A stretch of DNA of 64,000 bases from Octopus vulgaris (GCA_951406725.2 OX597815.1:71362001-71426000), one strand, 5' to 3'. Positions 39,210-53,249 are shown, counted from the stretch's first letter. Notes: generated from the letters alone by a model not told the origin. Made by a program: numbers and translations.

Positions 39210-39337
39210 TAGATATATAAACACACCTTCACTGTTCGTCTAACGCTATTCTCCCCTATTCCGTATTCATCTTGTACCTTGATTTCACATCTCTCTTTCT
39301 GTCTTTCTGTCTGTCTGTCTACCTCTCTCTCTCTCTT

Positions 39338-39407
<70 letters not shown>

Positions 39408-39789
39408 GATTGGGAAGCTATGTATTAGCTTTTCTGCAGAATACATGCTCTTGACCACCACCCCCATCATACTTTCATACTCCTCAATACTAAATACCAC
39501 TCAGCTGAAGGGTTTTGTTTTGCGAGACGTTAAGTGAACTCACCAGTGATGGAGCTGCGAAGAAAAGTAGCCATTATACTCTGTAAAATGGTTGGCATCT
39601 AACTATTGAAACCTTGCCAAAGTAGATACTGTAGTCTGGCGTAGTCCTCTAACTTGTCGGTGTCTGCTGAACTGTCCAACCATGCCAGCATAAAAAAGCC
39701 AGTCAATGTTTTTTTTTTATTCATTTAATCGTTTCAGCCATATGACTGCAGTCACGCTGGAGCACCACCCTGATTTTGTACGTACATAC

Positions 39790-41390
39790 CATTCTTCATT
39801 GGCTGATTTCTTCAGGTTGGTGGGACTTCATATCACCACTTGTGTATGTGCTTTTCCTTTGGTTGTTGGCCCATGTTGTATATGAAGGAGTTTGACACAG
39901 CTGTCCTCATCTGTACCTCACGCTGGGCCCTTGGTTCATCCGGTATTGTAGAGTGGAGAATGTCCAATTCCTTTTGGAAGACATCCACGTCCACATTGTG
40001 TAGGTTTCCTTATTTCTTTGACAGGACATTGAAGAGCTGTGGGCCTTTCAGCCCCAGGCTATTGCAGTACCTCGTCAAGATTTTAGACGAGGTGGATGGT
40101 GCCTTTGGTACAATACAATAGCGTTTAGTTCGCGCATTTGTAGAATACTCAATGCCGAAATTAGGTACTAGCTCTTCCAGAATTTTCCATATGTAGATTA
40201 TTACATACTTGTCACGCCTTCGCTCAGGGAGTAAAGTCGCAGTTTTTCAGCCTTCTTTTAGCTTTTTAGGAAGCTTACCACTTGCAAGGAAACTCTGGGA
40301 AAGTATTTGAAGTGGTTTTGCTAAAGTTGTTTTGCTTACATGACTTCACGAGAATAGCTGGGAAGCCATCGGGACCAATTGCAGAGATTAAGCTCATTTC
40401 ATCAATGGCTGCTCTTACATCTGCCTCCTCAAATGTCGATGTAATCGATGGTTGCCGCCTTTGTCTGCAGAGCTTCGATGTTATAGAATTTAGCCGGGTC
40501 TTTTTTTTCTGCATGTGTTTCAGTGGGGAGGCAAAAACACTTTTAAATTATTCACTGATCACTTCACTTATATCTTTTTCGGGCCTGCTGTCAGTGAGAA
40601 CAACGGTCCTATTTTAAAATATACAGTGGCTGTTTCGTTTGCAAATTTATAGAAAACTTTAGGGCTATTTCATGCTTTCCACAGCTCTAGTCTCACTCTC
40701 TCTCTCTCTCCCTCTCTCTTTTCCGGTCTCTCTTTCGCTCTTTCGCTTACTCTCACCTTCGGTCTCTCTCTCCGTCTCTTTCTTTCTCTCTCTATCTCTC
40801 TCTCTCTCTCTCTCTCGATTTCTGCTATTTCCTTTCCATGGGAGAGTTTGATTTTGTTTTTGATTTCCAGAAGTGTCTGTCTTAGATTAGACTTCTTGCT
40901 ATCCTTCAGTTGCATACTCAAACAGTTTAAGACCTTTGATCTGCGTCTCATAACGTTTTTGCTGTCTATAGGGATTTTGTTTGTCAATATATTGGCCTTT
41001 CTTTTTAGGGTATAGTTAAAGCATATGTCTTGTACAGACAATACAAACTGACTGAGTTTTAAGTCAATGTCTTGCATAGACAAGGTGTTAAATCAGTTTC
41101 CTTTGTGGATCTCTTTGAACATTGTTTTCCATTCTACTTTATTGAAATTCAAGCTGGATATGGCTTGTGTCCGCCTGATAGTGTAGATACCAACAGTTCG
41201 CCAAGGACCATACATTGTTAGTTCAACCATGTTGTGGTCTGAAAGCAGACATCCAAGACATTATTATCCCTGGCTGACTGGAGTATCATTTGTTCCATGA
41301 ACAGCATATTATAAAGTGCAAGTAATAATTCTTTGTTCATGCAGTAACATCCCAGAGAAGATCTGGTCTTCCATTTGATGGCCTGATGAA
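39790..41390 (-). mobile_element. CR1/L2-type APE-RT LINE remnant with most of the RT deleted
   Basis: Minus strand NVLDVCF/SDHN (APE end) and SAIGPDGFPAILVKSC (RT start), then directly RRDKYVIIYIWKILEELVPN and NSLGLKGPQLFNVL..PDEP C-terminal motifs. Confidence 0.75.
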
Positions 41391-41640
41391 GATGATGATA
41401 CTGATGACGACGACGACGATGACGATGGTGATACAAACACTCACTATCATATTTGTATGAAGAGTGTTATAGTCCACTTGAAGCACATATACATGCATTT
41501 ACAAACATATACATGTAAATATGGATAAACATATATGCAGATTCGTGTGGTGCATTTATACATATATACATACATACATACATACATGTATGTATGTATG
41601 TATGTATGTATGTATGTATGTATGTATGTATAAGTATACA

Positions 41641-41673
<33 letters not shown>

Positions 41674-41696
41674 GTATGTACGTATGCATATATAAG

Positions 41697-41755
<59 letters not shown>

Positions 41756-41767
41756 ATGCATATATAA

Positions 41768-41828
<61 letters not shown>

Positions 41829-41850
41829 TATATATATGTACATATATATA

Positions 41851-42403
41851 CGAGGGTGAGTCAAAAAGTAATGCCATTTTGTTTAGGACAGATATAATTA
41901 CCGGCACAGGAACATGTATCATACATCAAAATGAAGCTGGTCCTCTGTGGATCACATCCCACTTCTCAACATAGTCACCGTTTCTCTCAACAGCAATGTT
42001 CCACCTTCGAATCCCTGCCCCGTAAAATTCTGTTGACTGTTCTTTGAGCCACTTCTTCACTATAGTTTTCACTTCCTCGTCACTGGAATAATTTAACGCC
42101 TTCAGACTATCACCCATTTGGCACCATGAAAGAGGGTTTGAGAGGTAAACATTATCCCAGTGACAAGGGAGTGAAAACTGTAGTGAAGAAGTGCCTCAAA
42201 GAGCAGTCAACAGAATTTTATGGGGCAGGGATATATACTCTCATTCGAAGGTGGATCATTGCTATTAAGGAAAACGGTGACTATGTTCAGAAGTAGAGAT
42301 GTAGTCCACAGCGGACCAGCTTCATTTTGATGTATGATACATGTTCCTGTGTTGGTAATTATACCTGTCCTAAACAAAATGGCATTATTTTTTGACACAG
42401 CGT

Positions 42404-42405
<2 letters not shown>
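41851..42405. mobile_element. Fold-back mariner MITE built from two inverted transposase 3' ends
   Basis: TA|CGAGGGTGAGTCAAAAAGTAATGCC ... GGCATTATTTTTTGACACAGCGTTG|TA; both arms encode the mariner C-terminus (SDEEVKT..KEQSTEFY..RRW...NGDYVEK). Confidence 0.88.
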
Positions 42406-42448
<43 letters not shown>

Positions 42449-42449
<1 letters not shown>

Positions 42450-42641
42450 GGAGTAAACACATAAATGTGAAACAAGGTGGAAAAAAGAGTACTCAAATAC
42501 CAGTGGTAGAGTAATATGCCAGCAGAAAATTAACAAATGTCCTAGTTTTCGTTGCCGTTCATCAGACAGTTTTGTCTGATGAACAGCAACGAGAAACTCA
42601 GAGTAACAGATTTTGTTGAATTTTCTGCTGCTTAAAATAAA

Positions 42642-42645
<4 letters not shown>
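42449..42645 (+). mobile_element. ~200-bp H2 element in (TA)n with head-to-head hammerhead cores
   Basis: Shares AAACAAGGTGGAAAAAA..TACTC.AATACCA..GGTAGAGTAA with 37750-37796; internal inverted repeat 42520-42630. Confidence 0.75.
42571..42610 (+). ncRNA. Minimal type-I hammerhead ribozyme motif, intact core
   Basis: TTTGT CTGATGA ACAGCAACGA GAA ACTC-A-GAGT A ACAGA; stem I is 5 bp, stem II is weakened in this copy, predicted cleavage after 42605. Confidence 0.65.
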
Positions 42646-42694
<49 letters not shown>

Positions 42695-42695
<1 letters not shown>

Positions 42696-43150
42696 GAGCA
42701 AAACGCCCCCGTCCAAAAGACAGTGCTGAGTGACAAAGCGTGACATCATCCTTGAATGGCAGGAAATGTTTTTCCTTTTGGCGACGATGGTAACAGAATT
42801 TATATACCCAGGTGTGATCCTGTGACTAGCTGCCTGTTCAACCATTCAAAAAAATCTCGCAAATGGAGTTCCATGCATTTCGACTGCAAGGGCAGTGTCA
42901 ATCTTTTGCACAGCTGGTGTACTTGCGCGCACTTGCAACAGCTGATGTACATGTGCGTACAAATGCAGGTTCCCACGGCTTTATCGATCGCATTCTCATC
43001 TGGAATCGATTTTTGTAATTTTTTCAAGACTTATACACGCCCACATACCGTCGGTATCTACATATCAAATTTGAGCGCAATCGGAAGGGAGATGTCCGAG
43101 ATCCTAGAAGACACACACAGACAGACATAACGGATTTTATATTATATACA
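42695..43150 (-). mobile_element. Probable non-autonomous Helitron-like element
   Basis: Minus 5' TATAATATAAAATCCGTTATGTCTGTCTGTGTG; 3' hairpin CTGTC-TTTTG-GACGG about 12 nt before a CTCG|T end (non-canonical, expected CTRR). Confidence 0.5.
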
Positions 43151-43319
43151 TACATACATACATACATACATACATACATACATACATACATCCATACATA
43201 TATACATACATACATACATACATACATACATACATACATACATACATTAACTAGCACAAAGCTACCCTCTCACTGCAACAACCTTTCCCACCTGAGGTGG
43301 TGGGGGTTGTCTTGCAAGT

Positions 43320-43520
43320 GACCTTATCGGTACTGGTGTCACATAAAAAGCACCCAGTACACTGTAAAGTGGCCGGCGTTAGGAAGGGCATCCAGCCATA
43401 GAAACCATGCCAAAACAGACAACAGAGCTTAGTGTGGCGCCTCGCCTTTCCAGCTTTTTGCGAAACCATCTAACCCATTCCAGCATGGAAAATGGACGTT
43501 AAATGATGAAGATGGTCATG
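43320..43520 (+). mobile_element. SINE family C (RTE-like tail GGACGTTAAATGATGA)
   Basis: GGCGTTAGGAAGGGCATCCAGCCATAGAAACCATGCC..CCAGCATGGAAAATGGACGTTAAATGATG; related copies near 39525, 50860, 52445, 57201, 59395 and 61170. Confidence 0.8.
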
Positions 43521-43521
43521 A

Positions 43522-43598
<77 letters not shown>

Positions 43599-43601
43599 TG
43601 T

Positions 43602-43658
<57 letters not shown>

Positions 43659-43956
43659 AAGACAGACAGATAGATATTAGCAAAAAATGCATACATGTAT
43701 ATAGATACATACTGACACATGCATATATGTGTGTGTGTGTGTGCGTGCGTGTGTGTGTATATATATATATATATATACACGTATATATACATATGCATGT
43801 ATTTATATGCATATGTATGTAGACATACATACACACACACACACATTATATATAAATATATATGCACACACACATGTGTACATACATATATAACTTTGAG
43901 TTTATGCTCAGGAATCTACCAATTTGAGACCATTCATAGCATTATCCAGACAAAGT

Positions 43957-44200
<244 letters not shown>

Positions 44201-44219
44201 TGGTGTTAAAGTTTTATCA

Positions 44220-44301
44220 AGTAGTATCGCCTGCTTCCGAACATCGAGTAGTCACCGATTCGACTAATGTTTCAAAGATGGCTGCTTTCATGCTGTCGTG
44301 A
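44220..44301 (+). promoter_or_regulatory. Candidate promoter/TSS region with YY1-like motif AAGATGGCTGC (44275-44285)
   Basis: CpG-containing unique sequence; 1-mismatch match to the YY1 motif AAGATGGCGGC, often found just downstream of TSSs; strong splice donor about 90 bp downstream. Confidence 0.45.
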
Positions 44302-44373
44302 ATGGCAAAGGTGAAGTCTCATTTAGTCTTTTTCCTTTTTTTTTTACTCGCTTATCTCCATGTGATTATAACG
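44302..44373 (+). CDS. Candidate first coding exon, signal-peptide-like MAKVKSHLVFFLFFLLAYLHVIIT, phase-0 donor; gene unidentified
   Basis: ATG with G at +4, basic N-region and hydrophobic core, consensus donor ACG|GTAAGT. No downstream exon identified; it could be a non-coding 5' exon. Confidence 0.4.
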
Positions 44374-47300
44374 GTAAGTTCTCTCTCTAACACTCATCAT
44401 ATCCTATTATTCCTCTCACATACACACGCTCGTATTATATATACAAACACGCGTATACATAGAGAAACAGCTGGTAAAAAAAAAAATGACAGTACCATCG
44501 CTACTGATACCCGTTTAATAATATATTTTTTTCTCCCTAACTTCTCTTCGAATACTTTTTTCTCCTCAGTTCCCCGCTGATTTCATTCATATTCTGATAA
44601 TTTCAGCGAAGTTTTCATCCACTATTATTATCGTTACTGTTATTTATACATATATATATATATATACATATAAATATGTGTGTGTGGTATACACTCACAC
44701 ACATATATATATATATACATTGCATAGAATGGGAGAATGGAATGAGAAGCATGCAACGTTCTCTCTCTGTCATTCGTCTGTGGTCACTCTCACCTCTCTG
44801 TTCTTTATCTCTTTTTCACTGTCTATCTAATTTTGATTGGTGTATGCTCATATAACCATATTTTCCCCTTTAATTTCTTCATTTCTCTTCTAAATACACA
44901 CTCACACGTGTGTGTGTGTTTATGCATGTAAGCATGTCTGTCAACACATAAGAAATGAATAGTGACAAGGTGTGTCTGTATATACCTATTTGTGTGTGTG
45001 TGTGTGTTTTGACTCTTTTTTTTTTCTATTTTTTTTTTGTTGCATTTTTGTGAGACTGCCTTCTGAAAAGAGAATGGTGATAATAATTATCATTGCTGTT
45101 ATAATAAACAAAGCAAGGAGAAAAAAAAAAAACAACAAAAAAAAAAAAACAACCACTATCTCTGCCACTGTTTGCTGCCTATCATTGTTAGAGCCAGCTG
45201 GCCCATACAAATGCTATTTCCCATACATGCACACATTTTATACATACATATATATATACACAAACACATTTATACTATGTACACAGACATTATTTATGTA
45301 TATTTCTGTTTATATATTTATACACACACACACACAGACACACACTTATAGTCGCATATACATACATACATACTTATACACACGCACACGCATATATACA
45401 TACATACGTACACACACACACACTCACATGCATCTGTATACACACACTATGCACTTGAACAACATTGTAATAACGATCATTTGTACTTTCCTCGTAAAGA
45501 GACGAGGAGAGAGGCAGACGGTTTTTTTCCGCTTCTTGTCACATCAGTCTTGTTTTTCCTTAATGTTTTTGTTTATTATTATTTTTTTTTATCATTATCG
45601 TCTTTTTTTCTTTTTATCTCCTTTAATAAATAATATTACAACAATAAACGCTACAAGACTCAAAGCAATAGTCACGCGCTGTATGTTTCGTACAGTACTC
45701 GTTCTTTTTCAATGACATAAATACACACACACATACGTGTGTGTGTGCACACATTCACATATACACGTGTTTACACACACGCACGGGTGCATCTGTGTAT
45801 ATATTTCATTCTCAGTTTCATATAATACGGTACATTGGCATGTAATGTATTATTGTTATTATTAAGAATGAATAAAACGAGTACCAATCAAGTAATGGTG
45901 ATCGATGTAATAATCGGTTTACTCTTTCCACTCAGAATTGCTGGCCCTGTGCCAAAATTAGAAACTTAGCGGCTCGGCAAAAGAGATTCAATAAAATAAG
46001 TAGTACCTTTTCTAAAAAAAAAAATTGGCTCTATTCGACTAAAAATGCTTCAAGGTATTACCCCAGCATGGCCACAGCCTAATCACTGAAACAAGTAAAA
46101 AATGTACATATATGAGTATGTGTGTGTATATATCTATATCTATATATATATATATATATGTGTGTGTTTGTGTGTGTATGTGTGTGTGTAAATATAGTGC
46201 GTGTCCACTACTATGTTGCGATTCATTTTATTACGTAAAGGGAATCATGAAGCACCTCACTCTCTCTCTCCCCCTCTATAACAACTACATTATATAATCA
46301 TCACACGCGCATATACACACACAAGCACATGTATGCATATTCACACTGAAGAAAGGCTGATATAACTGTGTATAAAGTGTTGTAGATATAATATGCTTAC
46401 ATGATGCTTTCCGTAACTCGCTTCGTCATACTGATTGCAAAATAGTAAATTCCCTACAATAACCATTTGTGTGTGTGTACTTGTGTATTTATCATTAAAT
46501 TGTCAAACTTAATTTTATGCACTCGCACGTTTTCCTTGATTTCTGTTTTCTTTCTTTTTCTTTATGTTTACTCTCAGACACATGGATGTATGACATTGTT
46601 ACCGGTGGTGTATATAAATTTGCTCGAGACGAATGTTTTCTCTGTGTGTGTGTGTGTGTGTGTGTAGCATAAACTAAACATGATTGATGTACTGATAGTG
46701 GGATGTAGTTAGTGATCGATCTGGATACATTCGAATGCATAGCTACAAACAGGAGAGATAGATATGGAATTAATTTCGATTAAATAATCAAAGCGAAATG
46801 ACGAGTGCGTATGAAATAAGGTATAGAGATAGATAATATACATAGATTAGATGAAACAGAAAACAGAGCTCCGCTTGCTTAAGATATTTATTAAGAACTA
46901 AGGTAAAATACTAACAAGGAATGTACAACATAGTAATATGAAAAGTAAAATATGTGAAAATATGTGTGTGTACATATACACACATTCACAAATATACATA
47001 AAGACTAACAGTGATATGGTATCTGTGAATATGTATATAATGAAATCGGTGTGGTTAGTGATTATATGAATGTATATAAAAGCTAAGTCAATCGATCGAC
47101 GGTTGCAGTTTTAATATGTAGGCGGCCTTTAGTTCAGTTAGGTACCCGTTATAGGAAGAGGAGGCTGCTTGCTGCCTTTTTCACTATCAAAACCACATGC
47201 AAATCACCCGATGTCGCCTTCGCATTCCACCCCGACTGACAATTCTATTCAATCTCATCTACCCCTTTTCAATAAAACGGGTTGAAAACAAAAAAAAAAA

Positions 47301-47423
47301 AAAAACCTATTCTATTTTACCCCTGTATCATAATAAGTAGATATCCCCCAGTATATATATATACCATTTAATAAACACAGGATTTGAATGTGAGCTATTA
47401 TAAGTTTCATGCTCGGATAAAAC

Positions 47424-48500
<1,077 letters not shown>

Positions 48501-48984
48501 GCAGAAGTTGCAATATGACTCAAGGACCGAGAGTTTCGAGTATGGAACTTACAAAACACACATCTATTTAGATAACACACACACATGTATGTATTGTATT
48601 TAATATATATAGATGGACTTTCTTTCTGGTCGTATGCTTGCACTCGAATTCTGCTGTCTCTGCAGAAATGGGTACCTTACATTCATAAAACATGGTTTAT
48701 ACCTTGAAATAAATAAATAAATGAAAAAAAATCGGATAAGTACCCTTGGGTACAACGAAGCAGGTAGCCTTATTATCTGTGTTTGCGAGTGGGAGATAGA
48801 AAATTCATGTAGAGTGTATATAATAAGCACGTTTCTTCGGTTTATACATCTTTGTGTATAAGTGTGGACGTTTGGAAATCACTATATATACACGCGATAG
48901 CTTTACTGGTTATGTATGTGTGCTATACAGGTGTGTGAATGCAAACATCTACGTGTGAAAGTATTTGTTGGGTATATGAGATGG

Positions 48985-49026
<42 letters not shown>

Positions 49027-49184
49027 GTATGTGTATATGGATGTATATAAGTGTCAAGAAACCAAGGGAAGACAAACGGATAAATGTAGGAAAATGGGGT
49101 AGGTTTTGCATTCAGCGAATTTTTGCAAATATACTTGTGTGTGTGTGCGTGTGTAAGTATATGTCTATGTGTGTATATGTATTT

Positions 49185-49625
49185 ATCTCAATCATTCATT
49201 CTTTCTTTTTCTTTTCCTTCCTTCCTTCCATCCAAACCTATCATTTTCTCCAGTTATTCAAAACAACCCTCAGCTCTTTTCTTTCCAACTCAGCTTTTCT
49301 TCCATTTACCTTCACTTTTCCCCTCATCCCATCACCCATTCTTCTTTCCTCGTCTTCCTTTCACCCTCACTGTCCAGCTCTTCTTCCTCCTTCCACTACT
49401 CTGTTCTCTCTATCTCCTTCCACCCTTCCTCAATTCTTTTCTCTCTGCTCTTCTCCATTTCTTTCCTCTTACTTTCCCTCAATCTTTTCCTCTTTTGCCT
49501 CCCCCACCCCGTCCTTTCATCACGTCTTCCTCCCCTTCGTTTTTCTTCATCAATTTCGCCCCCCCCCCTTTTTTTTCTTACGGCACAAATTCTCTCACAT
49601 ACACCTTTTTTCCTACATATTTTTC
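49185..49625 (+). repeat. ~440-bp low-complexity polypyrimidine tract
   Basis: Nearly all C/T on the plus strand. Confidence 0.9.
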
Positions 49626-49854
49626 AGTTATTGATAATTTTGTTGAAAAAAAAAGAGAAAAGCTAAAGAAAACAATTAAGACCTTTTAATAAATATTTCA
49701 TATGAAAAAAAAACGAGATGAAGAGTGGTGATGTTCATGCTGTTTTCGTTAACGGAACGTTATTCAAAAATATCTTTGATGTTTGCTCGCTCGGTCAAGA
49801 TGCACTTTCTTTTAGTATGACAGTTCATTTTAGTGAGTCGGGCGGCATGGAAAG

Positions 49855-49933
<79 letters not shown>

Positions 49934-50859
49934 GAGAGAAACGGAGCATAGGAGATGGCTTGCTAGATTGATTGAAAGAAAACTAGGGAGATCTAGATAT
50001 ATAGCGGGATAAGACCCCGTATCAAAATACATAAAATGATAGATTTCTATGAGGAAGGGACAGAGAGAGCTAGAGGTCGAAAGAGAGAAAAAAGTAACGA
50101 TATGGATGCACAGTTACTATCTTAAAAGAGACACAGACATGCCAGAGAGAGAGAGAAGAAAGATTGCGATGGAATGAGGGAGAGAGCGCCAGATATAGAT
50201 GTTAAGATAGAGTGAATTTGGGATATAGGCATACAGGCACACAGTTAAGGGAAGTAACTCAAATGTGCCTATGGCATGGATTTGGATAAGTTGGTTGAGG
50301 GGTGAAATACACGGAGCTGTCTAACAAACGGAATAAATTAATAAAATAAATAATTCTTTGTTGAAAATTGTCTCTTAATTGAATAAAGAAGACAAAACAG
50401 CAGCACTTATTAGCAACACCACTACAAACTGTGGTGGCGGTGGGGAGAGAATTTCACATCGTGAAAGTTAATTTTACGTGATGAGAAGAGCAGTTTGATG
50501 TTTTTGCATTCACGCCTAACGTGTTTGAGCGTGTTAGACCTCATCAGCTTAGTCTAGTCTACTCAAGCCTGCTTGATCAAATGACTTTTTCTTTTTCATC
50601 TAGAAAGTTAGGTTCGAATTATTTTTAGGTCAGTATCATCATCTCGTCATCTGCTTTCCATGCTGGTATGGGTTGGAAGGAGAAGAGATCATGGTTTGAG
50701 TTATTTCATTTTGATGGTTGTATGTGTCATTTGGTCTGGTTCCTAATGGCTAGATGTCCTTCCTGTAACCAACCATTTTATTATGTTCATTTTTAATGGC
50801 ACCAATAATAGAGTTTATGGGACCTCAGAAGTCTGCATTCTTCTTGTATAATTTGCATC

Positions 50860-51125
50860 ATCATCAATATTTAACATCCGTTTTCTATGCTGGCATGGGT
50901 TGGGCAGTTTGACAGGAACTGGTAGGGCCAGAGCCACACCAGGTTCCATGGTGTGTTTTTGCATGGTTTCTACAGCTTGATGCCCTTCCTAACACCAACC
51001 ACTCTACAGAGTATACTGGATGCTTTTTATGTAGCATCATCACCAGTGCTTTTTTAGTGACACCAGTAACAGCACTTTTTACACGGTACCAGCTCCCACA
51101 CCAATGCTTTTTATGTGACACCTTG
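50860..51125 (-). mobile_element. SINE family C, CpG-decayed
   Basis: TTTAACATCCGTTTTCTATGCTGGCATGGGTTGG..GATGCCCTTCCTAACACCAACC. Confidence 0.8.
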
Positions 51126-51652
51126 GTTTTAGGCTCTGGATTGCATAATTAAAATAAAAGTAGCAAAGGGAAATAACGGCAATAGGCCAATGGCATAAAT
51201 TTGAATATATATGTTATATAACATGTCCAAAGTTGTCACCCTTGCCTGTAAACAAATACTAGACATTACCCCTTGGCTTGTAAATTGATTTTGAGTGATT
51301 AATTTTTAATTCTGTGGAATTTCCTTTCTTTTAACCTTTAAATTTTTATTGAAATTGTTAAAAATTGTTGCTTGGTTTTGTTTTCCTTCTCCTACTGAGA
51401 GGGAAATTTCAATTAAGACCATTTTATATGTGTGTATGATTGTCATTTAGTGCATGCCTCCTTAACCTACTTATGCAGCTACATAGATAAATAGGGACGC
51501 AGAAATAAACACGTTTGGTATATCTTGATAAACAAGCTGCTATGATGTGAATTAAGCGCTTATTTTACTGTATCCACACACACACATACACACACACACA
51601 CATATACATACATATATATATTTGTATATGCATGTATACATTATATATTCCC

Positions 51653-51771
51653 GAGAGCAGAATAAAACAGATTAAGTTTGTCTTTTTATTGTAGAATCAT
51701 GAATTATTATGACATTGTAATTTATAATGCTATAATAAAAAGGCAAAGTAAATCTTTTTTATTCTGCTCTC
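51653..51771. repeat. ~120-bp imperfect inverted repeat
   Basis: GAGAGCAGAATAAAA pairs with TTTTATTCTGCTCTC; arms of about 54 bp. Confidence 0.8.
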
Positions 51772-52144
51772 AGATATATACACACTGTAAATTATTGAAA
51801 TAGATATAATGCCAAAAGAAAATCACAGGACAAATAATGTTTAATATTGGATTGGAATGTGCATATACATGGATTTACATGGAGCTCTAAGCATAGGTTA
51901 ACTGTTGTGCTATATCATTTGAAATAGTGAGTGGCTTTGTGGTAAGAAGTTTGCTTCCCAACCACATGGTTCTGGGTTCAGTCCCACTGCATGCATTCAC
52001 AAGTACTGACAGAATACACATGTATTCAAAGTCCCACATGGGTACACTACTGCACATATTCCACAGTCAACTATAGGCTCCAGATCCAAACACATGGAAT
52101 ATTCCAACTTAGGTGAAAAATAAACAATAACAGATGAGTTAAGG

Positions 52145-52229
52145 TTCACTACAGCTGTTTCAGACATGATCTTTATTGATGAACAAAAGCGTTACACCAT
52201 GCAAAAAGAAAACATTTTCTTCAGATGAA
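52145..52229 (-). ncRNA. Hammerhead-like motif with long stem II region (family H3)
   Basis: Minus strand TTCAT CTGAAGA (~55 nt) GAA ACAGCTGT A GTGAA: 5-bp stem I, palindromic stem III ACAGCTGT, GUA triplet. Confidence 0.55.
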
Positions 52230-52444
52230 TAAAGAGTAAATTTAACACTTAGAATTTCTCACAAAATTGAACATAGTGCAAAGTAACCCTACTAACCAAG
52301 TTACAGCTATATTATATATGTATTTTTGTATGTATGTACATATGTGTGTATGTATGTCTTTGTGTCATTGTTTATCCCTCACCACCACTTGCCAACTAGT
52401 GTTGATATGTGTAAGTCTCCAAAAAATCAAAATCAAATCGAGAT

Positions 52445-52836
52445 GGAAATTGTAGTTGTGGCCAATGCCAGTGCTGCCTGACTGGTACCCGTGCTAGTGA
52501 CATGTAATAAGCAGCATTCAAGCATGGGTCAATGCCAGTGCCACCTGACTGGCTCCCCATGCCAGTGACATGTAAAAATCACCATCCAAATGTGGTCAAT
52601 GCCAGTCCTCCCCTGACTGGCTCCTGTGCTGGTGGCACATAAAAAGCACCACCCAAATGTGGTTGATGCCAGTGTCACCTGACTGGCTCCTATACCAGTG
52701 GCACGTAAAAAGCACTCACTACACACTTGGAGTGGTTGGCATTAGGAAGGGCATCCAGCTGTAGAAATCTTACCAGTCCCCAGTCAAACCATCCAACTCA
52801 TGCCAGCATAGAAAACGGACGATGAACAATGATGAT
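52445..52836 (+). mobile_element. SINE family C with four internal ~67-bp tandem units
   Basis: ATGCCAGTG..CCTGACTGG..GTG.CAC.TAAAAA units near 52466, 52532, 52599 and 52667, then the standard family C tail. Confidence 0.8.
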
Positions 52837-53215
52837 GGTTTAATTAGCAATTCAGCAAAAGGAACCAATAAAATAAATACCTCCTTAGAAAAATTTTTAA
52901 AATAAGTACAGGAGTTGATTCATTCAACTAAAATTATTCAAAGGAGGTGCCCCAGCATGACTGCAGTCTAATCACTGAAACAAGTAAAAGAATATATACA
53001 TATGTATATATGTATATGCATATATATATATATATATACATATATACAAATTAGAGAAAAACCACTATTATGTAATTCAAACAATGATAGACATAAACCA
53101 AATCATAAAGAAAAAAATAAAATATATTATAAAGCATATAACTAGATCACATTGTGAAATTTGATTCAATACTAAATTGAATTTTTCCCTGTAAGTTTGG
53201 AGTTATACTCCCTAA

Positions 53216-53249
<34 letters not shown>

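Noticed and set aside
48939-49689. F/S/P/L-rich 165-231 aa ORFs resembling membrane proteins
   Set aside because: Polypyrimidine tract open in all three frames.
52445-52720. Hairpin-containing ~67-bp repeats resembling a CRISPR array
   Set aside because: Whole units are similar with no unique spacers, they lie inside a SINE, there are no cas genes, and the context is eukaryotic.
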